Assembly: GCA_965249135.1 (NCBI GenBank)
Contig: OZ252220.1
Span: forward strand, 736,001-800,000
DNA length: 64,000 bases
Origin: Alphaproteobacteria bacterium
Lineage (GTDB): Bacteria; Pseudomonadota; Alphaproteobacteria; GCA-2746255
Direction: 5' to 3'
Shown here one piece after another: positions 28,683-38,849 of the stretch. The notes under the pieces are model-generated. The model had not been told where the DNA came from, did no database searches, and saw only the letters and a list, made by a program, of their open reading frames with translations. Positions within the stretch are counted from its first letter, which is position 1; each line of letters opens with the position of its first letter. Made by a program: the position numbers and the translations under genes.

Positions 28683-30851
28683 ATGCGCCGGCTGAGTCTC
28701 GTTGGACTGGCTGTCTGTTGGTTGCTCGGTCTCGTGCATCCCATGCCTGGCTACGGCGCGAAAGCGGCGAGTAGCGGTGAAACCCCCATTTTGCTTCGTG
28801 CCGACGAAGTGCGTCACGACGAGGAACGCGACGTCGTCATTGCCCGCGGGAAGGTGGAAATCACCCAAGGTGCGCGCATTCTCCTTGCCGACACGGTGAC
28901 CTACAACGAACGCGCCGATCTCCTCACCGCTTCCGGGAATGTCATACTGATGGAACCCACCGGTGAAGTCGTCTTCGGCGATTACATGACGCTGACCAAT
29001 GACCTGCGGGAAGGTGTCGTTCGCCACATTCGCATGCGCCTTGAAGATGATTCGCGACTTGCCGCCGTATCCGGCACGCGCACGCAGGGCACCTTCTCGG
29101 AATTTCGCAAGACGGTGTTCTCCCCTTGCGATCTATGCAAAGAGGATCCAACCCGCGCACCTTTGTGGCAGTTGAAATCGATGAGTGTCACGCATGACCG
29201 AATCGCCAGGGAAATTGAATATAAGGACGCCTTCTTCGAATTCTTCGGCGTCCCCATCGTTTACACGCCCTATCTTTCACACCCCGATCCGACGGTGAAA
29301 CGGCGAAGCGGATTGCTCGCCCCAAGCTATGGCAGTTCGACCGAACTCGGATTGCGGGCGCAGATCCCGTACTATTTCAACATCGCCCCCGACAAGGATG
29401 CGACCTTCGCTCCGATCTTCACCTCGAAAGAAGGGGTCGTCCTGGCCGGCGAATACCGTCAGCATTTCACCCACGGCGAAATTGAAATCGCCGGCAGCAT
29501 TACGGAGGCCGACGAACGGCAGGAAGGAATCGTCGTCCCTGGCAAAGAGGAAATCCGCGGCCATGTGAAAGGCAAGGCGCGCTTCGACCTCGATCGGACG
29601 TGGCGGACAGGTCTCGATGTCTTCCGTTCGACGGACGACACCTATCTTCGGCGATACGACTTCAGCAGCGAAGATACGCTGACGACGAATGCTTTTCTCG
29701 AAGGATTCCGTGGCCATAACTACGCGTCCGCAAATGCGTATCTCTTCCAGGGCCTGCGCCAGACGGACGATCCGGACGCGACGCCTCTCATTCTTCCCGT
29801 CATCGACTACAATTATGTCGGCAAGCCGAATCGTCGCGGTGCCCGCTGGAGCCTGGATGCCAACCTGCTTTCGCTTACCCGCGAGCTAGGCGCGGACAGC
29901 CATCGCCTGTCCGTCAAGCCGGGCTGGCAGCTTACCCACACGGCGGCGGCCGGCCATGTGACGACGCTTTCGACATCGCTTCAAATGGATGGGTATCTCA
30001 GCAACGACGTCACGGATGCGATCAACCCCGGCGGGGGCTTGCGGGATGGTTTCGCAGGCCGGGCCCATCCGCAACTCATGGTCGATTGGCGCTACCCCTT
30101 TGTTCGGGAAGACGGGCAGGCCCATCAACTGATCGAACCGGTGATCTCCTTCGTTGCCGCCCCCAACGGCGGGAATTCGGAAAAAATCTCGAACGAGGAC
30201 AGTCAGAATTTCGAGTTCGACACGACGAATCTGCTGCTCCCAAGCCGCTTTACCGGCCTCGACCGGGTCGAGGGTGGCCAGCGGGTGAATTATGGGCTCA
30301 GACTCGGGGTCTTCGGCTCAGGGGGCGGTAACACGTCCATCTTCTTCGGCCAAAGCTATCGGATCCGGGAAGACAGCACCTTTACTGCGGGCTCCGGCCT
30401 GGAGGGCCACCTCTCCGACTTCGTCGGCGAGGTCGAAGTCTCCCCCATCAGCGACCTCAACGTGATTTACCGCACCCGCATGGACAAGGATGGCTTCCTG
30501 GCACAGCGCAGCGAGCTTGAATTTGGGGCCGGTCCGGCCGCCCTTCACGTCGACGTCAACTACTTCTTTATCCGGGGATCGGCCACCAACCCCGAGTTCG
30601 GCGATCGCGAGGAGCTCACCACTTCACTCCGTTCAAAAATAACGAAAAACTGGACGTTTCTCGCCTCGAACCGGCGGGATTTCGAGCTGGACAGCACCCT
30701 CCATTGGAGCGCCGGCATCGGCTATGTGGACGAATGCGTCAACCTCTTGTTCACCTTCACCCGCAGCTTCACCCAGGATCGGGATGTGAAGCCGGCCGAC
30801 ATCTATTTCCTTCGCATCATCCTCAAACATCTTGGAGAAGTGGCCATCTGA
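28683..30851 (+). CDS. lptD: LPS assembly outer-membrane protein LptD
   Basis: OstA-like N-domain, FSPCDLC, RRSGLLAP, NEDS and GLDRVEGG motifs, DEC near C-terminus. Confidence 0.94.
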   Translation: MRRLSLVGLAVCWLLGLVHPMPGYGAKAASSGETPILLRADEVRHDEERDVVIARGKVEITQGARILLADTVTYNERADLLTASGNVILMEPTGEVVFGDYMTLTNDLREGVVRHIRMRLEDDSRLAAVSGTRTQGTFSEFRKTVFSPCDLCKEDPTRAPLWQLKSMSVTHDRIAREIEYKDAFFEFFGVPIVYTPYLSHPDPTVKRRSGLLAPSYGSSTELGLRAQIPYYFNIAPDKDATFAPIFTSKEGVVLAGEYRQHFTHGEIEIAGSITEADERQEGIVVPGKEEIRGHVKGKARFDLDRTWRTGLDVFRSTDDTYLRRYDFSSEDTLTTNAFLEGFRGHNYASANAYLFQGLRQTDDPDATPLILPVIDYNYVGKPNRRGARWSLDANLLSLTRELGADSHRLSVKPGWQLTHTAAAGHVTTLSTSLQMDGYLSNDVTDAINPGGGLRDGFAGRAHPQLMVDWRYPFVREDGQAHQLIEPVISFVAAPNGGNSEKISNEDSQNFEFDTTNLLLPSRFTGLDRVEGGQRVNYGLRLGVFGSGGGNTSIFFGQSYRIREDSTFTAGSGLEGHLSDFVGEVEVSPISDLNVIYRTRMDKDGFLAQRSELEFGAGPAALHVDVNYFFIRGSATNPEFGDREELTTSLRSKITKNWTFLASNRRDFELDSTLHWSAGIGYVDECVNLLFTFTRSFTQDRDVKPADIYFLRIILKHLGEVAI

Positions 30852-30967
30852 TCCGTATAATAAGGGCCGGGAAGCGCTTCTTCTTTGCCAGACGGCCGGT
30901 CGATCGATAGAAGGCCTTGCGGGTGACGGACTCGATCCGAAGCGAAGTGCAGAAATTTCGAAATCAA

Positions 30968-32245
30968 ATGCGATTCCTTTTTCTCGCCACGTTATTGGTC
31001 GCGCTAGGACTGTCGCCTGTGCAGGCGGCGGAAACGCAACGCATCGCCGCCGTTGTCAACGAAGATGCCATCTCCGATTTCGATCTTGACGCTCGCATAC
31101 AGTTGATCGCTTTTACGGCGAACCTTCGCGACTCGACGGAAATCCTTCGTCGGATGATGCCCGATATTCTACGAACCCTGATCGACGAGCAATTGAAGAT
31201 TCAGGAAGCGGCGCGACTCGAAATTAAAATCGAGGAGGAGGAGCTGGAAGCCGCGAAGCGGCGAATCGAAAGCCGGAACGGCATCCCGGATGGCGACCTG
31301 AATGATACGTTGGCCAGAGAGGGCATTCCTCCTTCAACGGTCGTCACGCAGATTCACGCAGCCCTTGCCTGGGAAAAAATTGTCCGCAGACGGGTTTATC
31401 CGAGGATCATCATCAGCGAGGACGAAGTCGACGAACAGATGGCCCGGCTGCAGCAATTCGAAGGTGTGCCGGAATACCTGCTATCGGAGATCTTCCTTGC
31501 GGTTGAGGATCCGAACCACGAAGACGCCGTCCTTCAAACCATCAAGCAGGCGGCCGAGGAGGCACGTGCCGAGGCCAGCTCCTCCGAAGCCAATGCCGAG
31601 GCCAAGTTTCCCCGTCTCGCCAGGCAGTTTTCACAAGGGGTTACGGCACTTTCCGGCGGCGACCTTGGATGGATCCGGCAGGGGCAGCTGGAGCCGGAAC
31701 TGGATCGGGTCGTCCTGCAAATGGAGGCAGGCGCCATCTCGGATCCGATCCGCTCGGAGGAAGGCTACCATGTCCTTTGGCTACGCGATCAGCGCAGGAT
31801 CGGCGAAACGGGGGAATTGGATACCGTGAGCCTAAGCCAAATCCTGTTTCCGCTGCAGCCAAATGCCGAGCCGAACGACGTCAACGCCACCATCACCAAG
31901 GCGCAGAATGAAAGAGCGAGTTTGAGTGGTTGCGTGGCGATGAATCGTTTAGCCGAAGTAATGGGCACACCCCTATCGGGCAGTCTGGGCACGGTGCAGC
32001 TGAGTCAGCTGGTGCAAAAATTGCGCGACACCGTGAGGGATCTGCCCATCGGTGTCCCAAGCGAGCCGATCCAGACGGAAGCCGGCATTCACCTTCTCAT
32101 GGTATGCGATCGCCCGGATTCGACTGGCCCGGTCAACGACCGTCAACAGGTCCAACTGAACCTGACCATGGAAAAGCTGGACCTTCTCACCCGGCGCTAC
32201 CTCCGCGACCTTCGCCGTACGGCCTTCGTAGACATTCGCTTATGA
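30968..32245 (+). CDS. surA: SurA-like peptidyl-prolyl isomerase
   Basis: RIAAVVNED, LIDEQL, ARQFS..GGDLGW and YLRDLRR motifs. Confidence 0.9.
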   Translation: MRFLFLATLLVALGLSPVQAAETQRIAAVVNEDAISDFDLDARIQLIAFTANLRDSTEILRRMMPDILRTLIDEQLKIQEAARLEIKIEEEELEAAKRRIESRNGIPDGDLNDTLAREGIPPSTVVTQIHAALAWEKIVRRRVYPRIIISEDEVDEQMARLQQFEGVPEYLLSEIFLAVEDPNHEDAVLQTIKQAAEEARAEASSSEANAEAKFPRLARQFSQGVTALSGGDLGWIRQGQLEPELDRVVLQMEAGAISDPIRSEEGYHVLWLRDQRRIGETGELDTVSLSQILFPLQPNAEPNDVNATITKAQNERASLSGCVAMNRLAEVMGTPLSGSLGTVQLSQLVQKLRDTVRDLPIGVPSEPIQTEAGIHLLMVCDRPDSTGPVNDRQQVQLNLTMEKLDLLTRRYLRDLRRTAFVDIRL

Positions 32246-33267
32246 CCGTCTCGGCCGGCCGCTTGCCGCTGGCGCTCACCATGGGGGAGCCGGCAGGCAT
32301 CGGCGGTGAAATTGCCCTGAAGGCCTGGGCAAACCATCACGCCCGTTTGCCTGCGTTTTTCCTGATCGACGATCTCGCCCGACTGGAACGGATGGCGGCC
32401 GATCTCGGCCTCGGCATGGCCCCGCACCCGATCGCGACCCCGGCCGAGGCGCCGGCGGCCTTTGCGAAGGGACTCCCCGTCCTTGCCCAGCCGGTTCCAA
32501 GGCCGCCTAGCCCCGGAAGGCCGAAGGTTGAGAACGTGCCCGCCGTTCTCGACGCGATCCGGCGCGCCGTCGCCACCGTCGAGGCCGACGCCGCCGCCGC
32601 CATCGTCACGTTGCCCATCCACAAGCATACCCTGACGGCGGCGGGCGTCGCCTATCGCGGGCATACGGAGTTCCTCGCCCACCTCGCCGGCAACGGCGTC
32701 GAACCGGTCATGCTGTTGGCCACCGACGCGCTTCGGGCCGTCCCCGTCACCATTCACGAGCCGCTTCGCACCGTCGCCGGCCACCTGACGAAGGAGCGGA
32801 TCGTCCTTTGCGGCAAGATCGTGGCGAAAGCGCTGGTTCGCGATTTCGGGATCGCCAATCCCCGCCTTGCCGTCGCCGCCCTCAACCCCCATGCCGGCGA
32901 AATGGGCACCCTGGGCCACGAAGAACAAGAGGTCATCGCACCCGCCGTCACCGCCCTTCGCCAGCTCGGGATCGTGGTGGAAGGACCGCTCGCCGCCGAC
33001 AGCCTGTTCCACGCAAAAGCGCGCGAAACCTATGACGCCGTCCTTTGCATGTACCACGACCAGGCCCTGATTCCCTTGAAGACGATTGATTTCACGGGCG
33101 GGGTCAATGTGACGCTCGGCCTTCCCTTCGTCCGCACCTCGCCGGATCATGGCACCGCCTTCGACATCGCAGGTCAAGGGATCGCCGATGAGACCAGCCT
33201 CGTCGCAGCGCTTCGGCTTGCCGACGCCATCGCCACCCGCCGGCGTGAAGCCAAAGTCCCCGCGTGA
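32242..33267 (+). CDS. pdxA: 4-hydroxythreonine-4-phosphate dehydrogenase
   Basis: MGEPAGIG, GHTEFL, LNPHAGE, MYHDQ and RTSPDHGTAFDIAG motifs. Confidence 0.97.
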   Translation: MTVSAGRLPLALTMGEPAGIGGEIALKAWANHHARLPAFFLIDDLARLERMAADLGLGMAPHPIATPAEAPAAFAKGLPVLAQPVPRPPSPGRPKVENVPAVLDAIRRAVATVEADAAAAIVTLPIHKHTLTAAGVAYRGHTEFLAHLAGNGVEPVMLLATDALRAVPVTIHEPLRTVAGHLTKERIVLCGKIVAKALVRDFGIANPRLAVAALNPHAGEMGTLGHEEQEVIAPAVTALRQLGIVVEGPLAADSLFHAKARETYDAVLCMYHDQALIPLKTIDFTGGVNVTLGLPFVRTSPDHGTAFDIAGQGIADETSLVAALRLADAIATRRREAKVPA

Positions 33268-34109
33268 CGAACGCGCTCGCTTCTGCCCGCCCGCCCTTGC
33301 GCGAGGTGATTCGGCGCCACGGCCTCAACGCCAAGCGGCGTCTGGGCCAGCATTTTCTTCTCGATTCGAATTTGACACGCAAGATCGCTGAAGCCGCGGG
33401 CGATCTTGGCGCATGTTCGGTGATCGAGATCGGCCCAGGCCCGGGCGGCCTCACGCGCGCGCTGCTCGATGCCGGCGCGAAACGGGTGGTGGCGATCGAG
33501 CTTGATCCACGCTGCGTGAAGGCCCTCGAAGACCTCGTCGCAGAATGTGCGGACCGTCTTTGCGTGCTGGAGGGCGATGCGCTGACGACCGAGCCCGCCG
33601 AGATGGCGCCGCCGCCGCGCCGCATCGTCGCCAACCTTCCTTACAACATCGCCACGCCGCTTCTGCTGAAATGGCTTTATGCGGCGGATCAGGTGGAGGA
33701 AATGATCCTCACCTTCCAGAAGGAGGTGGCGGCACGGCTCTCCGCAAAGCCACGCTCGAAGGCGTATGGACGGCTTTCCGTCATCACCCAGTGGCGGACG
33801 GAAGTAACGCACTTGTTCGACATCGGCCCGAAGGCCTTCGTGCCGCCGCCGAAGGTCGCCTCCAGCGTTGTTCGCCTGCGCCCACGTAAGGAACCCTTAG
33901 CGCCTGCCGATATCACGAGGCTCGGCCAAGTCACCCAGGCGGCCTTCGGCCAACGGCGCAAGATGCTGCGGACGAGCCTGCAAACACTCGGGCCGGAGGC
34001 GGAAGCGCTGATCAAGGCGGCCGGCATCGTGCCCACGGCGCGCGCCGAAGAGCTTGCCGTCGAAGAATTCTGTGCGCTAGCGCGCGCACTTGCCGAGCGT
34101 TCCGATTAG
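33264..34109 (+). CDS. rsmA: 16S rRNA dimethyltransferase RsmA/KsgA
   Basis: LGQHFL, EIGPGPG, ANLPYNI and F.PPPKV motifs. Confidence 0.97.
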   Translation: MTNALASARPPLREVIRRHGLNAKRRLGQHFLLDSNLTRKIAEAAGDLGACSVIEIGPGPGGLTRALLDAGAKRVVAIELDPRCVKALEDLVAECADRLCVLEGDALTTEPAEMAPPPRRIVANLPYNIATPLLLKWLYAADQVEEMILTFQKEVAARLSAKPRSKAYGRLSVITQWRTEVTHLFDIGPKAFVPPPKVASSVVRLRPRKEPLAPADITRLGQVTQAAFGQRRKMLRTSLQTLGPEAEALIKAAGIVPTARAEELAVEEFCALARALAERSD

Positions 34110-34741
34110 CCTTCGCGCAATCCCTGGACGAAATCCGAAAGCCCGATCCGGCGTTCACGGCGCAGCCGCTCGGCCTTCAGGATCGCAACGATCGCCTCCA
34201 CGCTTTCCTCGAGATCATCATTGACGACCAGGTAATCGAACTCGTCCCAGTGGCTGATTTCGCCCGCCGCCTTCGCCATCCGTTTCTGCACGACCTCCTC
34301 ACTGTCCTGGGCGCGCGTATGAAGCCGGCGGTTCAGCTCCTCCGTCGAAGGCGGAAGGATAAACACGCTGACGAGATCGCCATCGGCCACCCCGCGCAAC
34401 TGCCGGTTTCCCTGCCAGTCAATATCGAGCAACACGTCCTTGCCTGCCTTAAGGCTTGCCTCTACGACCGCCTTCGGCGTGCCGTAGGCATGACCGAAGA
34501 CTTCCGCGTGTTCGAGAAAGGCGCGTTGCGCGACCATCTGCTCGAAGGTCTTCGCATCCACGAAATGATAGTCCTTGCCCTCCGCCTCGCTTAGCCGTTT
34601 CGGCCGGGTCGTGTAGGAGACGGACATCGCGATTAAGGAATCACGCCGCAGCAGCTCATGTGCAATGGTCGTCTTCCCTGCCCCGGACGGCGAAGAAATC
34701 ACCAGCATCAATCCACGACGGGGAATATCCGGCTTTGGCAT
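34106..34741 (-). CDS. gmk: Guanylate kinase
   Basis: SSPSGAGKTT, SVSYTTRPKR, YGTP and DIDWQG motifs. Confidence 0.97.
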   Translation of the reverse strand: MPKPDIPRRGLMLVISSPSGAGKTTIAHELLRRDSLIAMSVSYTTRPKRLSEAEGKDYHFVDAKTFEQMVAQRAFLEHAEVFGHAYGTPKAVVEASLKAGKDVLLDIDWQGNRQLRGVADGDLVSVFILPPSTEELNRRLHTRAQDSEEVVQKRMAKAAGEISHWDEFDYLVVNDDLEESVEAIVAILKAERLRRERRIGLSDFVQGLREG

Positions 34742-34747
34742 GTCGGC

Positions 34748-34776
34748 TACATATCCGCAATCAAGCGCCCCGGCAA
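34748..34776 (-). promoter_or_regulatory. sigma70-type promoter giving a probably leaderless gmk mRNA
   Basis: Minus strand TTGCCG-N17-TATGTA-N6-ATG. Confidence 0.5.
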
Positions 34777-34967
34777 GGACTTCGTGAGCCGCGGCGAAAG
34801 GAGCGCGAAGGCCAGGGAATAGGTTGAAATGCCTCCGACTTTCCGGTTGCAGCCCGGTTCTCAAAGACGCATGATGGAAGACGAGCGGCATCCCTTGGCA
34901 TAGAAGCCCGGATACGCAACCAATTGACGTATCCGGAGAAACCAGGCGTTCAGGAGAGAAAACCCAG

Positions 34968-36071
34968 ATGGAAATCACCGCTGCAATTGCGCGCGAGGCG
35001 AACAAGCCCTTCTCGGTTGAGAAGATCGAGCTCGACGAGAACATCCGTGACAACGAGGTTCTTGTCCGCGTCGTCGCCGCCGGCATGTGCCATACGGACG
35101 TCGTCTGCCGCGACCAGTATTATCCGGTCCCCCTTCCTTTTGTTCCCGGCCATGAAGGCTCCGGTGTCGTCGAGGCCGTCGGCAAAGGCGTCACGAAAGT
35201 TGTCCCCGGCGATCATGTCGTGCTCACCTTCAACTATTGCGGCACCTGTCCAAGCTGTCAGGAAGGCGATCCCGGTTATTGCCATAACCTGTTTGGCTTC
35301 AATTTCGGCTGCGCCCGGCCGTCCGACGGTTCGGGGACGTTAAAAAAGGACGGCGAGCTTATCCACGGTTATTTTTTCAGCCAATCCTCCTTCGGCGAAC
35401 ATGCGATCGCGACGGAACGCAACATCGTCAAGGTGCGCAAGGACGCGCCGCTGGAACTGCTTGGCCCACTCGGCTGTGGTATCCAGACGGGTGCGGGCGG
35501 CGTGATGAACTCGCTTCATCCGCGCGCCGGCACCAGCATCGCCGTCTTCGGCGCAGGCGGCGTGGGGCTTAGCTCGATCATGGCCGCCGTCGTCGTCGGC
35601 TGCACGACGATCATCTCGGTGGATGTGAAACCATCCCGGCTGAAACTCGCTAAGGAACTAGGCGCAACGCACACCATCGATGCTTCGAACACAAACCCCA
35701 TCGAGGAAATCCAGAAGATCACCGGCGGCGGCGCGAATTACACCTTGGAGACGACGGCCGTGCCTGAAGTGCTTCGTCAATGCGTCGATTCGCTGACCCT
35801 TCGGGGGGTCTGCGGCGTCATCGGCGCCGCCCCGCTCGGAACCGAGGTTTCGCTCGACGTGAACAACATCATGTTCGGACGCACAATCCGCGGCATCATC
35901 GAGGGCGACAGCGTGCCCGACATCTTCATCCCGCGGATGATCGACCTCTTCATGCAAGGCCGCCTCCCGATCGACAAGCTAATGAAGAAATATCCGCTTG
36001 CCGACATTAACGATGCGGTGGCCGATTCAGCAAAAGGCACGGCGATCAAGCCGATTCTGATGATGTCGTAA
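34968..36071 (+). CDS. Zn-dependent NAD(P) aryl/benzyl alcohol dehydrogenase (XylB/AreB-like)
   Basis: GMCHTD, GHEGSG, C-x2-C-x2-C-x7-C, FFSQSSF, PLGCGIQTGAG and IIEGD motifs; AGGAG RBS. Confidence 0.88.
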   Translation: MEITAAIAREANKPFSVEKIELDENIRDNEVLVRVVAAGMCHTDVVCRDQYYPVPLPFVPGHEGSGVVEAVGKGVTKVVPGDHVVLTFNYCGTCPSCQEGDPGYCHNLFGFNFGCARPSDGSGTLKKDGELIHGYFFSQSSFGEHAIATERNIVKVRKDAPLELLGPLGCGIQTGAGGVMNSLHPRAGTSIAVFGAGGVGLSSIMAAVVVGCTTIISVDVKPSRLKLAKELGATHTIDASNTNPIEEIQKITGGGANYTLETTAVPEVLRQCVDSLTLRGVCGVIGAAPLGTEVSLDVNNIMFGRTIRGIIEGDSVPDIFIPRMIDLFMQGRLPIDKLMKKYPLADINDAVADSAKGTAIKPILMMS

Positions 36072-36078
36072 GCCATTC

Positions 36079-36123
36079 GTCCGTTCTGGACGGACAAGTG
36101 ACCATGGAGGGTCTCCTTCATGG
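36079..36123. terminator. Hairpins between convergent adh and mltG
   Basis: GTCCGT-TCTGG-ACGGAC and CCATGGAGG-GTCT-CCTTCATGG. Confidence 0.4.
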
Positions 36124-36139
36124 CCGCAATTTTTTGCCG

Positions 36140-37111
36140 TTATTTCCGCAGGCGCAACCAGCGACGGACGTTCTTCCGGTGTTCCTTCAGCGTGCGGGCA
36201 AACACATGGCCGCCGCTGCCGTCGGCAACGAAGTAAAGCTCGTCCGTCTCGAGTGGCCTTAGCGCGGCTTCGATCGCGGCGCGCCCGGGATTTGCGATCG
36301 GCCCTGGCGGGAACCCATGGATACGATAGGTGTTGTAGGGATGATCGATTTCAAGGTCGGCCTTCGTCAGCGGTCGATCGAGGCTCCTCTCACCCTGCGA
36401 CAACGCATAGACGACGGTCGGATCCGATTGCAGACGCATGCCCCGCTTCAACCGATTGAGAAAGACGGCGGCGATTCGCGGGCGTTCTTCCGGCACCGCC
36501 GTTTCCCGCTCGATGAGTGAAGCGAGGATGAGCACCTCTTCGGGCGAACCAAGCGGTAGGCCTTCCGCCCGCTCGGCCCATAATTCCTCGAGCGTCTCCG
36601 CCATGGCGCGGCGCATCCGCCCGATCACGGAAGCCCGCCCCTCGCCCCACACATAGGCATAGGTCTCCGGCAAAAGCTCGCCCTCCGACGGCGGCGGTCC
36701 GATCTCGCCGTCCAGCCCGTCTGCCGCCTGAACCAAGGCAAGCACGTTGGCCGTCGTAAGCCCCTCCGCCACCGTGAGCCTGCGAAGCACCGCCTCTCCC
36801 TTGACGAGGATCTCCATCGCCCCTGCCGGCGAAACGAAAGCCGGGAATTCATACTCGCCGGCCCGAAGCGCGCGATCGTTTCCGCTCAATCGCACACCAA
36901 GCCGAAAAAGAAAACCGTTACCAAGGACGCCCGCCGCCTCAAGACGCCGCGTCATCGCCGCGACGCCTTCGCCCCGGGGCATGACGAGCGTGACCGGCTC
37001 GGCCAGTGCGCCCGGCCGATGAAAACGCTCAACGCCGAAGGCGAGGATGCCCCCCGCGGCCATGACGAGGATAAGAAGGCAAAGCCCGGCTCGGAGCAGG
37101 GTGCGCCCCAT
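36140..37111 (-). CDS. mltG: Endolytic transglycosylase MltG
   Basis: ASLIERET, NRLKRGMRLQSDPT, PYNTY, GPIANPG and LYFVADG motifs. Confidence 0.96.
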   Translation of the reverse strand: MGRTLLRAGLCLLILVMAAGGILAFGVERFHRPGALAEPVTLVMPRGEGVAAMTRRLEAAGVLGNGFLFRLGVRLSGNDRALRAGEYEFPAFVSPAGAMEILVKGEAVLRRLTVAEGLTTANVLALVQAADGLDGEIGPPPSEGELLPETYAYVWGEGRASVIGRMRRAMAETLEELWAERAEGLPLGSPEEVLILASLIERETAVPEERPRIAAVFLNRLKRGMRLQSDPTVVYALSQGERSLDRPLTKADLEIDHPYNTYRIHGFPPGPIANPGRAAIEAALRPLETDELYFVADGSGGHVFARTLKEHRKNVRRWLRLRK

Positions 37112-37127
37112 GGGCTATGGGTTCCGC

Positions 37128-38387
37128 TTAACCCGCCGCCGAAAAGATCAGCGACGCATTCGTTCCACCAAAGCCGAAGGAATTCGAGAGCACGGTTTTT
37201 ACCTCCCGCTCCTTCGCCTCGTGGGGTACGAGATCCATGTCGCAGCCTTCCGACGGGTTCTCGAGGTTAAGGGTCGGCGGCACGATGCCGTCTCGCATGG
37301 CGAGAATCGAGAAAATCGCCTCCGTACTGCCCGCCGCGCCCAGCAAATGGCCGATCGACGATTTCGTCGACGACATGGAGACCTTGTTGGCGGCGTTCCC
37401 GAAGAGGCGCTTGACCGCGTCATGCTCGATTTCGTCGCCAAGCGGCGTCGAAGTGCCGTGGGCATTGATGTAATCGATGTCTGCGGGCTCCATCTTCGCA
37501 CTTTGCAGCGCGTTGCGCATCGAACGATAGGCGCCGGAGCCGTCGGGGGCCGGAGCCGTCACGTGATGGGCGTCACCGGACATCCCGTAACCGGAAAATT
37601 CCGCATAAATCTTCGCACTGCGCTTCTTTGCGTGTTCGTATTCCTCCAGAACGACGACGCCGGCCCCCTCTCCGATGACGAAGCCGTCCCGATCCCGGTC
37701 CCAGGGGCGGGATGCCCTCTCCGGCGTGTCGTTGAAATGGGTGGAAAGGGCGCGTGCCGCTGCGAAACCCGCCACCCCAATCCGGCAGACGGCCGCTTCG
37801 GTGCCACCGGCGACCATGACGTCCGCATCTTCCCGCTCGATCATGCGTGCCGCGTCCCCGATCGCATGCGCCCCCGTTGAGCACGCGGTGACGACGGCGT
37901 GGTTCGGTCCGGTAAAGCCGTAACGGATCGAAACATGGCCGGAAACAAGGTTGATCAGCGACGCCGGAATAAAGAAAGGGCTGACGCGCCGCGCGCCTTT
38001 CTCGTGAAGGACGATGGAGGTGTTATAGATGGATTGAAGCCCGCCGATGCCGGACCCGATCAAGACGCCGGTGCGCGCGCGCTCCTCTTCGCCTTCCAGC
38101 TGCCAACCGGCGTCCTCGACCGCTTGGGCCGCGGCGGCAATCCCATAGAGAATGAAATCGTCGACCTTGCGTTGCTTTTTCGGCGCAAGCCAATCGTCGG
38201 CATTGAATTTACCCGGTCCCTCTCCATGCGGGATCAGGCCCGCGATCTTCGAGGAAAGATCCGAAACGTCAAACGTATCGATTTTACGTATGCCGGATTC
38301 ATGCTTGATCAGGCGCCGCCATGTTGTATCCACCCCACATCCAAGCGGGGTGACCAACCCTATTCCGGTAACGACAACCCGTCTCAT
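37128..38387 (-). CDS. fabF: 3-oxoacyl-ACP synthase II
   Basis: TACSTG, NAHGTST, GHLLGAAG and NSFGFGG motifs. Confidence 0.98.
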   Translation of the reverse strand: MRRVVVTGIGLVTPLGCGVDTTWRRLIKHESGIRKIDTFDVSDLSSKIAGLIPHGEGPGKFNADDWLAPKKQRKVDDFILYGIAAAAQAVEDAGWQLEGEEERARTGVLIGSGIGGLQSIYNTSIVLHEKGARRVSPFFIPASLINLVSGHVSIRYGFTGPNHAVVTACSTGAHAIGDAARMIEREDADVMVAGGTEAAVCRIGVAGFAAARALSTHFNDTPERASRPWDRDRDGFVIGEGAGVVVLEEYEHAKKRSAKIYAEFSGYGMSGDAHHVTAPAPDGSGAYRSMRNALQSAKMEPADIDYINAHGTSTPLGDEIEHDAVKRLFGNAANKVSMSSTKSSIGHLLGAAGSTEAIFSILAMRDGIVPPTLNLENPSEGCDMDLVPHEAKEREVKTVLSNSFGFGGTNASLIFSAAG

Positions 38388-38462
38388 GCTGAGTGATTCT
38401 TCCGTTCCGACGATCGCAGCAGGCGACGTGACGCTTCAACCACCCGTCGGAATCCGAAACTT

Positions 38463-38699
38463 TTATGATTCCGAATTTTCGATAAAGTCGATCGCATCCT
38501 TGATGGTGACAATCTTCTCGGCCACGTCATCCGGAATCTCGACGCCAAATTCCTCTTCGAACGCCATGACCAGTTCAACCGTATCGAGGCTGTCCGCACC
38601 AAGATCGTCAATGAAACTCGCGTTGCCGACGGCCTTTCCTTCATCGACACCAAGATGTTCAACGACGATTTTCTTCACGCGTTCCACGACGTCACTCAT
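38463..38699 (-). CDS. acpP: Acyl carrier protein
   Basis: [20 protein letters not shown]. Confidence 0.99.
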   Translation of the reverse strand: MSDVVERVKKIVVEHLGVDEGKAVGNASFIDDLGADSLDTVELVMAFEEEFGVEIPDDVAEKIVTIKDAIDFIENSES

Positions 38700-38849
38700 T
38701 TCGACTTTTCCTTCGGAATGTTCATTCAGTTTCGGATGTTCGAAGATCCGACAGTGCTTCCCCGCCGAATTGGCTTAACGCCTAGGGTTGCGTCGTTCGT
38801 AACATACTTTTCTACCCTTTGCCAGCGCCAGCCAAGCGGCCTAAACCGG

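Noticed and set aside
34895-34912. sigma54 promoter for the alcohol dehydrogenase (TTGGCATAGAAGCCCG)
   Set aside because: The -24 half matches, but there is no GC at the -12 position
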